A DNA stretch of 64,000 nucleotides from Scyliorhinus canicula. Lineage: Eukaryota. The stretch lies in assembly GCF_902713615.1 (NCBI RefSeq), contig NC_052155.1, positions 64,413,654 through 64,477,653 on the forward strand, read 5' to 3'. The translations under genes were made by a program, and so were the position numbers. This document shows, piece by piece, positions 13,285-25,569 of the stretch (positions are counted from its first letter, which is position 1; each line of letters begins with the position of its first letter). The notes beneath the pieces are model-generated. The model was not told the origin of the DNA. It was given only the letters and a program-made list of their open reading frames with translations, and made no database searches.

Positions 13285-13794
13285 TGTTCTGAATTGCTGT
13301 CGAGATTGCATGAGGGTCATCTCGGCATTGAGAAATGTAGAAGACGTGGCAGACAGTCTATCTCTTGGCCCGGTATCAACAATGATATTGCGAACATGAT
13401 ATTGTCCTGTTCAACATGTCAATCCCATCAAAGTCAGCAATGCAAAGAACCACTGCAACCACATGATCTAGTAACATTACCATGGATCAAGATTGGTGCT
13501 GATCTTTTTTACTTTTTTGGAAAAGACTATCTTGTAGTCATTGACTATTTTTCCAGTTTTCTTGAGTTAGTGAAACTGAACATCATACAGGCATGCAAGG
13601 AGATATTTGCCAGGCATGGTATTCTCAGTATCGTAATGTCTGACAATGGCCCTTGTTTTTCAAGTCATGAATGGCATGATTTCTCATCTAAATACAATTT
13701 GCAACATGTTATTTCAAGCCCACACTTTCCGCAATCAAATGGAAAAGCAGAGAATGGTGTTCACATCATGAAACAGCTACTTAGCAAATCTAAA

Positions 13795-14463
13795 GGGCGC
13801 GATTCTCCGCAAATGCGGAGAGTCATGAAGGCTGCCGTGAAACCGGCCGTGTTTCACGGCAGCCTCCGCGCCCCATTCCGGGACCCGATTCTGCTCCCCG
13901 GTCGGGGCTGGCAGCGGGGCCCCGTGAACCTCGGCATCGCAGGCTTAGCGAAATTTGCTAAGCCCGCGCGCCAAAGTTAACGGGGCTGACGCGCACGATG
14001 ACGTCAGCCGCGCATGCGCGGATTGGACGGCTCCAACCCGTGCATGCGCGGATGACGTCATTGCGCATATGCGTGAAACCCGCACATGCGCGGGCCGGTA
14101 TGCCCCTCAGCCGCCCCGCGGACTGATCCAGCGGGGCGGCAGAGGAACAAAGAGTGCGCGGGGTTCGGACCCGCTGGTGCGGCCGTGCCAATCGGTGCCA
14201 TGGTTCCCCAGAACGGCACTTTGCGGCCGTTTTCACGAACGGTGAGAGCAGGTGTGTTGCCGTTCGTGAAAACGGCCGTAAAGGCCTGGGAAATCGGCCC
14301 ATCTGCTAGGGGAGAATCGCTGCTCGCCGTAAAAAACGGCGTGCAGCGATTCGTGTCGGGGGGGTGGGCGTGGTGAGGGGAGAATAGCGAGAGGTCGGGA
14401 AAAATGTCGGGAAGGCCCTCCCGCTATTCTCTGACCTGTCGTGGGGGGCGGAGAATCGCGCCC
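13795..14463. mobile_element. PIF/Harbinger-type MITE (669 bp) inserted into Gypsy integrase
   Basis: Perfect 16-bp TIRs GGGCGCGATTCTCCGC / GCGGAGAATCGCGCCC; 3-bp TSD AAA; removal restores LLSKSKESDSAFYLAL; CpG-rich. Confidence 0.93.
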
Positions 14464-15101
14464 AAAGAATCTGATTCGGCTTTTTACTTAGCTTTAATCA
14501 ATTACAGAACATCTCCTCTATCAACAGACTTATCTCCATCTCAAATGTTGGACAACAGAGTGTTGAGAACAACATTACCTCAATTACACTTTCCTGATCA
14601 GGAACAACAAATCTTTTTAAAAGAATGCAACAACAGAAAATGAGTCAGAAAAGATATTTTGATCAACATTCAAACGAACTGTCAATTCTATCTGATGATG
14701 ATATAGTTAGATTTAGACTTCCTGAAGGAGGTTGGTCTGACAAAGCTCACATAATTAGGCAATTCTTACCAAGATCTTATCGGATCAGAACTTCTGATGG
14801 AACCATTCTAAAATGAAATAGAAGAAATCTACTTCAATTCAAAGATACTGTCAACATTTTTCCAGATCTTGATTTGAACTAGACAGTTTCCAGACAACTT
14901 GAAAGGAGAATGCAATGTACTGGTTCACAACGAACTGGAGAATTCTTCATCACCTTTGAAATTGAGAAGATTGACAAGGAGAAGAAGAAGACCCAATCGT
15001 CTGAATTTGTGAACTTTTTCAACAATCTAGTGATTACTGTATAATGTTTACACAATTTTCTTTTCAAATATTTCAAAGAAAATGTTAAAAAGGAAGGGGG
15101 A

Positions 15102-15516
15102 TGTTGTGATATTCAAATATCAATATACATAATCAATGTATGTAAATGTAGTACAGTCATTTCAACACTAGATGGCTCACAGTCAGATACTATAAGAACT
15201 GGTTTTCCACCTTTTCTAAGTCAGATGATGCAGATGATGATGTGATTCAGAACAGTGAACAAGCAAGACTAGAATAGCTAGAGTGAGAGAAGTTGGAACT
15301 AGTTTGATATAATAGTGTATAGTTATATAGTTATCTGTATTGTACTTTAATTCTTTATTGTTAGTTTAGTATCGAGTAAAAGGCCTCACAGTTTATTATG
15401 TTATTACTCATTAAATAGTTCATCTTTCAACAAGAAGACTATTGGTCATTTTATCATCCTGGTGGATTCAAGAGTAACATATATATTTCAGATAAGTCAT
15501 TATTTAAAATATAACA
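15102..15516 (+). repeat. 3' LTR of Gypsy element
   Basis: Direct repeat of 9293-9703, preceded by the PPT. Confidence 0.95.
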
Positions 15517-17082
15517 GACATAAGATTCGATCTCATGTGGGAGACAATGAAAGTAATTAGCATGCATGTTGTTGAGAGGACATGAGTCCAGTATGAGTCC
15601 AGTATCTGTATCTGCTGCAAAGTGCAGAAAGATACTGGGGCGAGTGATAATCCAAGAGATTGTAGCAATGATAAAATAATAATAATAATAATGCAATAAT
15701 TATGCCAGGGGGGCTGCTTGTAAAGATCTTAATGGCATCCAGGGAGCCAATTAACAGTGCTGCAATAAAGGCTTTGAATAACACATATTCACAGGGTTAC
15801 CAATCTCCAATTGCAACAATTCAATCTTGTATGAATAGCAGTGGGCTGCAAGGAATGGTTAAAGATTTCTTCAGAGTGACAATGAGCCTGCATCCTCACA
15901 CCCTGACCAATAAAGATAGCTTCAGCATGAGCTTGGTGGCTGTGCCACACTGCAAGAGAAAAAGCTGCAGAAACTGCTCTTTTCAGAACAGCAACTTAAT
16001 TGAAATGAGTGTTACCTTCAACCTCTGATGCTCCAGCAGAAACTTCTCAGATGCCAAACTGCTCAAAGTCATTTCGCTCACAGGCCATCCAATAACAGCT
16101 CCAGCAAGTAGAAAATATGGTGGTAATAAATAGAGATAGATAGTGAATGATTGTTTTGTCCCCAGTTGACTCATGTTGTTGTGCAAAATAAATATCACTC
16201 AACTGGACTGTGCAATCCTGCTTATGTTTTGGATATGGGAAATATCTACCTTCTGAAGAAAACTGGCCAAAGTCTTTGACAGTTGAAGAAACATAAAAAT
16301 GTGCGAAAAATGAACTAAAAGATGCCATATTAGCCTAGAAACTTCAACCTGCAGTTGGAGCAAAACAAAGTAGCTTCCTTAATGGAGTATCTACTTCAAA
16401 ATATGTTAGTGTTGTTCGTATTGCTACTTATATAGTGAGATAAATTATTTTCTGTGGACGTTGAGTCAAAGATGTTGATAATGGATCAGAGGCCTCAGCC
16501 ACACCACATGTCCCATTTAAATGTAGGCATTGAAGGAAATGTTGGCCTGAAGGAAACCAATGTCAGGATAGTCCTGCTGCAATTTTAAGTCAATGGTTTT
16601 GAGACAATAAATGTAACTGCATTTCATTAACTGACCGAAAATTGTTAAAAGGTCATCACTAACTTCAAGGAAAGTCCAGTCCTGATGCCATTATGTTGTT
16701 TGTATAAGGAGGTCTCACAGTATCCATAATGTTTTCCATGCCTTAATTCAGAGGCATGGCAACTGTACCTTTGACTTCCAAATATTAGAAATTTCCATCA
16801 CTGGGTTTTCTGGAGTGAATGGGAGGCTCTTTGATCTGTGTTTTGTTGGTAAACACGTATGACACTATGAAGACCAGAAGATGGCGACAGGAAATAAGGA
16901 GCTTGCCACCTTCTTGGCCTTTAGCTGACAGCCTCCATTCCTCAAGAAATGGCTGTCCAAATTCCATTACCTGGGGCTTACTCTAAATTAAGATTTTCTT
17001 TGTGGTCTATGCCTGGAATCAGAACTGAATTCCAAGTTGGCCTATTCTAAACCTATGTACCATGTAGCTGTTCTCAAAATTT

Positions 17083-17935
17083 TTAAAATTTATTTATGGG
17101 ATGTGGCCATCGCTGGTTAGGCCAGCATTTATAGCCCATTCCTAGTTGCCCTTCAGAAGGTGGTGGTGAGTTGCCTTCTTGAACTGCTGCAGTCTTGAGG
17201 TGTAGGTACACCCACTTTGCTGTTAGAGAGGTAGTTCCAGGATTTTGTTTCAGCGACAGTGAAGGAACGGTGATATATTCCAAGTCAGGGTGGTGAGTGA
17301 CTTGGAGGGGAATCTCCAGGTGATGGGGTTGCCAGGTATCTGCTGCTCTTGTCCTACTAGATGGTAGTGGTCATGGGTTTTGACAGTGCTGTCTGAGGAG
17401 CCTTGGTGAGTTAATGCAGTGCATCTTGTAGATGTTACACATGGCTGCCACTGTTCATCGGTGGTGAAGGGTTTGAATGTTTGTAGAAGGAAGAGCAATC
17501 AAGCAGACTGCTTTGTCCTTGATGGTGTCGAGCTTCTTGAATGTTGTTGGAGCTGCACTCACAGTATTAATATGGCTAGTCCAGTTCAGTTTCTGATCAA
17601 TGGTAGTTGATTATGGGGGATTCAGCGATGGTAATGCCATTGAATGTCAAGGGATGATGGTTAGATGCTTTCATGTAGGAGATGGCCATTACCTGGCACT
17701 TGTGTGGCACGAATGTAACTTGCCACTTGTCAGCCCAAGCTTGGATATTATCCAGGTCTTGCTTCATTTGGACATGGGCTGCTTCATTATCTGGGGAGTT
17801 GCGAATGGTGCAGAATATTGTGCAGTCATGCGCAAACATTCCACTTCTGGCTTTATGATGGGAGGGAGGCCATTGATGAAGCAGCTGAATATGGCTGGGC
17901 CTAGGAAACTACCCTGAGAAAGTCTGGCAGAGGTA
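17083..17935 (-). mobile_element. 5'-truncated, internally deleted LINE (CR1-group, clade unassigned)
   Basis: RT remnant MFAHDCT...DLDNIQAWADKWQVTFVPHKC; 3' end AAGGGCAACTAGGAATGGGCTATAAATGCTGGCC...CACATCCC plus an A-rich tail. Confidence 0.85.
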
Positions 17936-18159
17936 ACGTCCGTTGAGTGCCTTCCATTGGTATGCCTCCAGCCACCAGCCTTCTCACCATCACAATTAAC
18001 ATCGGGCGCGATTCTCCCAAAAATGACGGTGTATCATTTTAGGGAGGAATCGCGGGGTGATTTGCACCAGGTGTATGGGGGTGATCCAGACATTATTCAC
18101 TCACACTTAGTGCAAACAAGAGCTCACAGGTGAAACACGCCAAGCCTGAGTCCCCAGGC

Positions 18160-18434
18160 AGTTTCGATTCCCGGATTGGGTCACTGTGTGTGTAGAGTCT
18201 GCATGTTCTCCCTGTGTCTGCGTGGGTTTCTTCCGGGTGCTCCGGTTTCCTCCCACAGTCCAAAGATGTGCAGGTTAGGTGGATTGGCGATGCAAAATTG
18301 CCCTTAGTGTCCAAAAAGGTTAGGTGGGGTGATGGTTACTGGGTGGAGGCGTGGGCTTAAGTGGGTTGCTCTTTCCAAGGGCCGGCACAGACTCGATTGG
18401 CCGAATGGCCTACTTCTGCACTGTAAATTCTATG
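18160..18434 (+). mobile_element. 5'-truncated V-SINE, CR1-type tail
   Basis: TTCGATTCCC...V-domain...CTTCTGCACTGTAAATTCTATG. Confidence 0.85.
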
Positions 18435-18475
18435 TGGTTCACGCGTGTCAGGGCTCAGCTTTTCAGTGCTAATGT

Positions 18476-18598
18476 GGTGGCACGATGGCAGAGTGGTTAG
18501 CATTGCTGCCTCACAGCGTCGCGGACCCGAGTTCGATCCCAACCTCGTGTCACTGTCCGTGTGGAGTTTGTGCATTCTCCCCATGTCTGCATGGGATC
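18476..18598 (+). mobile_element. V-SINE 5' fragment
   Basis: GGCAGAGTGGTTAGCATTGCTGCCTCACAG...GAGTTCGATCCC...GTGGAGTTTG. Confidence 0.8.
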
Positions 18599-19779
18599 TA
18601 CCCAGGATTCTCGGCGCCATGAGGACCTGTCAAATGTGAGTTGTTATTGCCTTACTGACTGACCCATCCCTCCCACTGACCACATGTCCATTCTCCTGCA
18701 GGTCCTCCAGCCGACGGCACCAACCCATCCCAGGTGGCCCCCTCTCCAGAATCCCAGGATAATGCTTTGGAGGGGAGCTACGAGGAAGACACGATCGAGG
18801 TATCACAGCTGTCATCACCACCCTCCACCAGCGCAAATACATACACCTCGGTGGGAAATGTTAGCGGTCAGGCTTCTGTGCACAATCTGGTGAGCACCAC
18901 ACAGTTGCTGATGTACATGAGGTGAAGGCAGGAACCCCCAGGTGAGACAGAAGTTGGAGGTCTGCTGGATCCCAGGACCCAACTGGGTCCCAGCCTGATG
19001 CTGAGCTTATGGAAGAGGTCACCCCAGAGCTGATGGAGATGATAGGCAGTGGTCAGGAGATTCAGAGGGAGATCTCAGCGGCACTCAAGCAGATCTATTG
19101 CCAATTGGCAGAGTCGCAGAGGCTACTGGCACAGGAAATGTCACTGGCAAAGCTTGTCACAAGGGCAACACTGCTAGGGTGGCGACCGCAATACATGACT
19201 TTGGCACCATGAGTGAAAGTGTCCAAGGCATCATGCAGTCGGTGATGGTCATAGCTGTGGGCCTTGCCGGGGAATGTCACCCAGTACCAGGCTGACCTTG
19301 ATGAGGTTCTGCAGGACAGATGGGAATGGCCGAGGAGCTGCAGAGCTTGTCCTAGTCGCAGGTGGGCATTGCCGAGGCACTGCTCCATGGAGTGGCAATG
19401 GTGGTCACCAGCTCCCTGAAGGTCCACCCCTCTGATGAAGTTGATTCTCGCAGCCAGCACCCGGAACATGGTGCACGGCTGTGCATGTACTGCTATGAAT
19501 TGAGCAAGGACCCTCCGGCTCCAGAGCTCCCAGAAGATGCCCACCAGGGGCATTGAAGGCCAGCTACAAGCTGGCTTCCTCCATCTCTGATGTGCATCCT
19601 GGGGACACACCTGGACGTAGTAGTAGAGCTAGGGAGGCAAAACACATCGAGGATCACTGAGGGTACTGGGGGAGCGATGGGGTGGTAGGTAGGAGGGGGT
19701 GGCACCATCGGGACAGCGGGGAATTGTTACAAACAATAAACGCCCTTGTGCACAATCAGTATGATGCCTCTGTCACTTT

Positions 19780-20770
19780 CTTCTGTAATGCGGGCCGACC
19801 TCTGAACTCTTGGCCCATCTCACCAGGCATTATCTTGCCCCCACCCCCCAGGATGACCACACGGGTTTCATTGTATCGGGTGTCTGCTTCGGTCTTCGGT
19901 CTCTGGTCTCTGTAGTGGCATCATTAGCTAGTTCCTCAGCGGGTACCCTTTATCCCCCAAGAGCCAACAGCCCATCCTGGGATGGTTCTCGAAGAGGCCG
20001 GGGATGACCAACTGCTTCAGGATGTAGCTGTCGTGGACAGTCCGCAGAAAGCATGCAAACACATGTATGATCTTCATGTGGTGGTCGCACACAAGCTGGA
20101 TATTCAGGGAGTGGAACCCCTTTCTGTTAATGTAGGGCACTCCCAGATGGCCCGGTGAGCACAGGGCCACATGGATGCTATCTATTACCCCCTGGACCTG
20201 GGACATCCCAGCGATGGCAGAGAAACCTACTGCCTGGGCATCTGCTGGGCTTGGTCCATGTCAAAGTTTATGTAGTTTTCCGTCCAGGCAAACAGGGCAT
20301 CCGTGACCTGCTGGATGCACCTGTGGGCTCTGGCCCCTCGCGCTGGAGCCCTAGAATGATCCAGAGGTGTAAAAGCTCAGAGCTGCAATGACCGTGACAA
20401 GCACCAAGACTGGGAGTCCTCCTCCTCCATGTGGTGCCAAGTCCGCAAGGACATTCCACAGGTGCCACCCCATCTCCTTGTTGAGGCGGAGCCTCCTGAG
20501 GCACGCGGTGTCCATCATCTGTAAATGACCGACGACGCCTCTACACCCTGGCCCATCGCAGGCCTCCCTCTCTGGTCCGTCCCTGGCCTGATGGGCAGCC
20601 GGGTCCTCAGGATGTTTGGCGGGCCCGACATAGGGTCTGCTACCTCAAGCATCTGCAGATGCTGCTGGTGCCGCCATCTCCGGCATCTGCCCCCCCCCCC
20701 CCCCCCTCCCCCCGGCCTAGCAATAGCACCATTGGAGCAAGTTCTGGGTCCAAAATACCAGCCATAGCAT
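19780..20770 (-). pseudogene. Harbinger (HARBI1-family DDE) transposase remnant, copy A
   Basis: VQGVIDSIHV...YINRKGFHSLNIQLVCD...HDSYIL...LLGDKGYP (19928-20206) are the Harbinger DDE motifs. Confidence 0.9.
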
Positions 20771-21069
20771 TCAATATCTGTAAAGCTCCCCACAGATGCC
20801 TTTCTGCTAGGTTCACGTTTTACAAAAGGAGTGCTATTCGGCGCCACGTGTCCACTTGCTGGGGAGGCCGATGAATGACGGGAGGCCGTTGGATATGGTT
20901 GGTTCTCGTTAATTGTGTGGAAACAGGGCTTAAGTGGTAATAATTGCTTTCTCGCCAAGCTACGGTGAGATCCGATTTCGTCTTGTGGAGCGGGCCGGTT
21001 GCATTACAAACCATTTGGCATCTCACGCTGTTCTCGTTTTCGGCCTCTCCCGCTACTCACCGGCTTCAA

Positions 21070-24000
21070 GTGAGCTGTTGATGTCCCAGACAATTTTCCT
21101 TCCCTTTCACTGAACCCATGTCCATTTTCTTACAGGATCACCATCTGATGAAGCCAGGCCATCCAGAGTCGCTGCCTCCCTGTCACCCAAGAGAACCCCG
21201 GAGGAGAGCTCTGAGGAGAACACTAACAATGCCTCACAGCTTTAACCCACAGCTTCCACCATCACAGAGACACACATCTTGGTTTCAGAGATTAGAAGAC
21301 AGGTTTCTGAGTCACTAACAGATGAACACCACATGATGCACATCATGCGGAGGCAGGAACTTTGGGACACGATTCTCCCTGAGCTGCGAGATGATAAGCC
21401 AGAGCCATGAGATTCAGGAGGGGTTGTCAGCGACATTCCTGCAATTGCAAGCTGATTAGAAGATTCCCAAAGGCTTTCAGGTGCAGGAGATGGTGCTGGC
21501 ATTGTGTGGCACCCAGGCCAACTCTACAAGGGTAGTGACCACAGTGGAAAGCCTGGATCATGACACCTGAGCCATGAGTGGTGAAGTCCAAGGCAAGGCT
21601 CAGTCTCTGACGACTCCATGGCTGATGACCTCGACACCAGTCACTGAGTGACATGTCCCAGACACAGATGGACATCACCAAGACACTCCAGAGCTTGGTC
21701 CAGACACAGGGGGCCATTGCTGAGGTCTTCAACACCATGGTGCAGACAATGGGAGGCTTCCAGGACTAGCAGTGCCAGCTCACTCAGAGATTTCTGGTGC
21801 TCACACCAGCTGCCCCTCCATTCCATGGAGTCACCCAGGGTTCTACGGGCACCCTGGCTGAGGTGGAACTGCAAGCACCCATCCTGGGGCCTTCCACCAA
21901 GGAGAATCAGGCAGTCTCCAGTCATTCTGACTTCCACCCCCGACACCAGTGCATCTCATGGGCAACGGGCAGAACAAAGTGGCAGGGCGACCCTTGTGAC
22001 AATGATAAGTCGGCCGGGGCTCTTTGGCTCCAGGCCCTCGAGAGAATGACTGCCAAGGGCATCAAAGGCCAGAGGGCGTGGAAGGCAGCAGGCCACCTCT
22101 ACCTCTGATGTGCATCCTGGGGACACACCTAGACGTGGCACAAGACCACGGAAGCTTAAGAGGTTTTAGGAGCACTGAGTGGGCACTGGTAAGGTCAGTA
22201 TTCATAGTTAGGAGGAATGAATAATAGTCACATTAAATGTTCACCATTAAAATATGTCACACCTGAAACATAACACCTCTGTCATTTTAATCTTTACAAT
22301 AGGGCGGGTGTCTCTCCACATCGGGAGTCACTGCCTGCTACAAGCCCCCAGGAGACACCACCAGTGAGAGCATAGGAAACCCACAGTGACAGACATCCTG
22401 GAATGCATGCTGCATCAATGAGTGGACATATAGGTCCCACCACCATCATCACCGCATTGCCCCCCACTCCGCCTCCACCACGCCCCTCCACACACTGGCA
22501 CAAAATAACTGAGTCCTGATGCGGACTCTGTCATGAGGATGGGCGTCAGCATGTTGTCAGCAGAAAGACAGGAGTCAGACTTAATCAGAATCTGAGGAGA
22601 ATCACAGCTTTCCTCGCAACAAGTGGTCATCACTTTCCTGCCTTGAATAGTAACCTCCTGACAGTGTCAATACAGGCCCATCACCCTGGTGACCTTTGGA
22701 ATGGGGGACAGGGGGAACAGGTAGATCAGGGAAGGGATGGTGTGATGAGGGCACTGTTGAGCTGATGGACACACAGTTATGAGGACCTCTCTGGTACTCC
22801 TGGCATGTGCGGCCGTTGCCGCCGCCTGTCCCCCATACTCTGGGTCCTCCTCGGGGTTGTCCTCATAGACCCTCCAGGCCTCCTCCTCAGACGAGGCTAT
22901 ATGTTCCTCCTCCTCCCGCGGGTTGCCCCACTGCTGTGCCAGGTTGTGGAGGGCACAGCAGAGCACCAAAAAGCGGAGACTCTCCGGGGGCTGTATTGTA
23001 ACGCACCGCCAGAGTGGTCCAGGCAGCAGAACTTCATTTTCAGCAGCCCGGTGCACCACTCAATGACAGTCCACATGGCAGTTTGGTCAACATTGCAACG
23101 GGATCTGCCTCAGTCTCAGGCCTCCGCACTGGCGTCATCAGCCATGACCTCAGCAGGTATTCCATGTTTCCCACGAGCCAACCCGTCATCCTGGGGTGAT
23201 TCTCGTGACACCTGAGATCCCTGCTCGAGCCCTGTAATGACCTAGTGGCTTAAAGATGGAGGGCTGTCATGACCTTCACAGCCACCAGAAACATGTGTCC
23301 TCCCCCTCCAAGGGGTGCCATGTCTGCGGGGACGTGGCTCAGGTGCCACACTATCTCACTGCTGAGACTCTGTCTTCTTTGGCACATGGTGGGCGAAATT
23401 CTCCCAAAGGGAGACTGAGTGCTGACGCCGGAGTGAAACCCGGAGTGTTTCACTCCGGCGTCAGAGGCCGCTCCTCGCCCCCTATTCTCTCCCCCCCCCC
23501 CCCCGGGGTCCAGGAGCGGTGTTGCGGGAAACTCGGCCGCCGGGCCTTGACGCTTGCGTCAAAGCGGCGCGCCGAGAATGACGCGGCCGGCGGCACCTAA
23601 GTGATGTCAGCCGCGCATGCGCAGGTTGGCCGGCTCCAACGCGGGGCGGCGGAGGGGAAAGAGTGCGTCTCTTAGAGATGCCGGCCCGACGACCGGTGGG
23701 CACCGATCGCGGGCCAGTCCCCTCATGAGCACGCCCGTGGTGCTCGATCCTCTCTCCGCCCCCCACAGGCCCCACACTTACCTGTCACGTGCTGTTCACG
23801 CCGGCAGCGACCAGGTGTGGTTGCCGCCGGCGTGATCCCGTCGGGGTCGTCAGGCCGCTCGGCCCATCCGGGCCGGAGAATCGCCGGTCGCCGGGAATAA
23901 CGGAGAGCGGCAATTCTCCGAGCGGCGTGTCGCAAAATGTAAATGCCATTTTGGGGTGGGGGGTTTGAGAGGCGGGGGGTGCCAGGGCGGCGTGGTGTGA

Positions 24001-24170
24001 TTCTGCCACCCGGTGTGGGGAGCAGAGAATCGCGCCCGGTGTCCTTCAGCTCATTATATGACCATCGACGCCTGTATACGTAACTCATCTTCGGTGTACC
24101 CTTCTGGCCCCCTCCTCAGCCTGATCGGCGGCCGTGTCTTTAGACTATGCAGCAGCGCCCTGCCGATGTG
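21070..24170. mobile_element. Decayed PIF/Harbinger transposon copy B (Myb-like gene +, transposase -)
   Basis: Acceptor TTTTCTTACAG (~21134); 3' block CTCTGATGTGCATCCTGGGGACACACCT shared with copy A; transposase pieces CCALHNL (22667-23059) and YVYRRRWSYNELKDT|MCQRRQSLS...VAVKVMTAL, split by a MITE. Confidence 0.8.
23391..24037. mobile_element. PIF/Harbinger-type MITE (647 bp) inserted into the copy B transposase
   Basis: TIRs GGGCGAAATTCTC / GAGAATCGCGCCC; 3-bp TSD GGT at 23388-23390 and 24038-24040; CpG-rich. Confidence 0.9.
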
Positions 24171-24171
24171 A

Positions 24172-24446
24172 TGCAAGCTCCAGGGTCCCAGGTTTGATTC
24201 CTGGCTTGGGTCACTGTCTATGTGGAGTCTGCACATTCTCCCTGTGTCTGCGTAGGTTTCCTTCGGGTGCTTCGGTTTCCTCCCACAAGTCCCGAAAGCC
24301 GTCCCGTTAGGTGTATTGGACATTCTGAATTCTCCCTCTGTGTACACGAACAGGTGGCAGAATGTGGCGACTAGGGGATTTTCACAGTAAATTCATTGCA
24401 GTGTTAATGTAAGCCTACTTGTGACAATAATAAAGATTATTATTAT
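24172..24446 (+). mobile_element. V-SINE, tail type GCCTACTTGTGACAATAATAAAG(ATT)n
   Basis: Same family as 5330-5634; 5' end truncated. Confidence 0.88.
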
Positions 24447-24772
24447 CAGTGGAAGGACTAAGCATGGTGTCTAGTTGCTACATCTCTGTGGAAACTGCTT
24501 GGGAACAAGTAATAGTTTTAATAGTTTCTGAAATGGCCCTCAACTGCTTTCTGTGGTGTCTGACTGCTGTTGCCTGCATTCTGGGCATTGGTACTCAGTT
24601 CTGTGTTTGTGTGGCTAGATGTATCATTGTGTTACGAGTTAGCAGCTTCACCCATACCTGTTCACGTCATGTTGCTGCTCCTGGTCACTTCCTCAGTATG
24701 TCCCCTCAACTATAATAAAACATAGCTAGACAGAAAAAGGTAAATGAATACATGCTTGAAGACGCTCTCAAG

Positions 24773-24897
24773 TTTTTTTTATTCTTTCACAGCGTGTGGG
24801 TGTCACTGGCTCGGCCAGCATTTATTGCCCATCCCTCATTGCCTTTGAGAAGGTGACAGTGAGCCGCCTTCTTGAACTGTCGCGGACTATGTGGTAT
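24773..24897 (-). mobile_element. LINE 3' end fragment (same family as 17083-17935)
   Basis: GGCCAGCATTTATTGCCCATCCC...GAAGGTG...CTTCTTGAACTG matches ~17110-17187. Confidence 0.75.
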
Positions 24898-24964
24898 CCA
24901 CCAGCATATTAAAACCAAGCCAAAGTGCTCAAGCAAGTCTGCACATTGACAAATGTACTCCATA

Positions 24965-25410
24965 CTTCATGTCACTGATCTGAAGTGTTACATGTTTTCC
25001 TCTCCACAAATGCCTAACCTACTGAACATTTCCAATCTTTTATTTCAAGCAGATCCGTTGAGGTCTGAACCCCAAGGCATTTCAGCTGAGACAGAAAGCA
25101 AGCCAGTCCCCACAGTCCAACTGTCCTCATTGTTAACAGGGAAATTAGTATTAATTGGGTAGACTCTGCTACGCAACAGTTGTATTCTGGCTTTTAGTCC
25201 CTTTGAGCTGTGAATCTGACAAGATATCCTTTTGGAAGTTGCAGCTTAATTGCACAGTCCCCTGTGGCATTGGGCATTTAGGGGTCAGGAACAGAGGATG
25301 CTGGAACAACTCCGCAGGTCTGGCAACATCTGTAAGGAGGGGAAAGCAGAGTCAATGTTTTGAGTTCTTTTGGCTCTTATTCAGAACTGAAGAGAGGGAG
25401 AATGTTTTAG
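24965..25410. mobile_element. Two degenerate Penelope-like terminal fragments (24965-25050 and 25285-25410, opposite orientations)
   Basis: CTCTCCACAAATGC...ACATTTCC and GATGCTGGAACAACTCCGCAGGTCTGGCAACATCTGT resemble the two arms of 4205-4836. Confidence 0.5.
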
Positions 25411-25569
25411 GTATTAAAGTGTAGCTGTGAGAGATTGCAACAAAAAGTAGCAAACTTTAAGAACAAAAGAAAATGGCCTGGTGTATATGTGCATGGCTGG
25501 CGGGGGGGGGAGGTGGCAGGGGTTGCATTGAAACAATGCATGAGTGGGATATTTTTTAAAAGGGGTCAG

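Larger units (their letters stand above)
9850..14880 (+). pseudogene. Gypsy gag-pol pseudogene (Gag, Zn knuckles, protease, RT, RNase H, integrase)
   Basis: Gag LVRDQIVYG; knuckles CHKCGNIH...C and CLKCQKLNH; protease FKLDTSA; RT LDASQGFWQ and YVDD; RNase H STDASK; integrase HEGH...CSTC, DLF, SDNGP, SNGKAE. Several stops and frameshifts, and two nested insertions. Confidence 0.93.
9293..15516 (+). mobile_element. Full-length decayed Ty3/Gypsy LTR retrotransposon (tRNA-primed type)
   Basis: LTRs 9293-9703 and 15102-15516 (TG...CA, about 6% substitutions by eye); TSD GAAAT/GACAT (1 mismatch); PBS TGGTACCAG at 9704; PPT AAAAAGGAAGGGGGA at 15087-15101; gag-pol internal region. Confidence 0.95.
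18003..21065. mobile_element. Decayed PIF/Harbinger transposon copy A (Myb-like gene +, transposase -)
   Basis: Left TIR GGGCGCGATTCTCC at ~18004, same as the MITE TIR; Myb-gene 3' exon remnant after acceptor CTCCTGCAG (~18700) up to AATAAA (~19735); transposase on the minus strand; right TIR not found. Confidence 0.8.

Noticed and set aside
15557-16328. Short ORFs in unique sequence (also 38523-38879 and 59493-59813)
   Set aside because: No recognisable domains, coding bias or consistent splice signals; compatible with chance ORFs.
19928-20206. Domesticated HARBI1 host gene
   Set aside because: Three fragmented, frameshifted copies with TIR-like ends and nested insertions indicate transposon relics.
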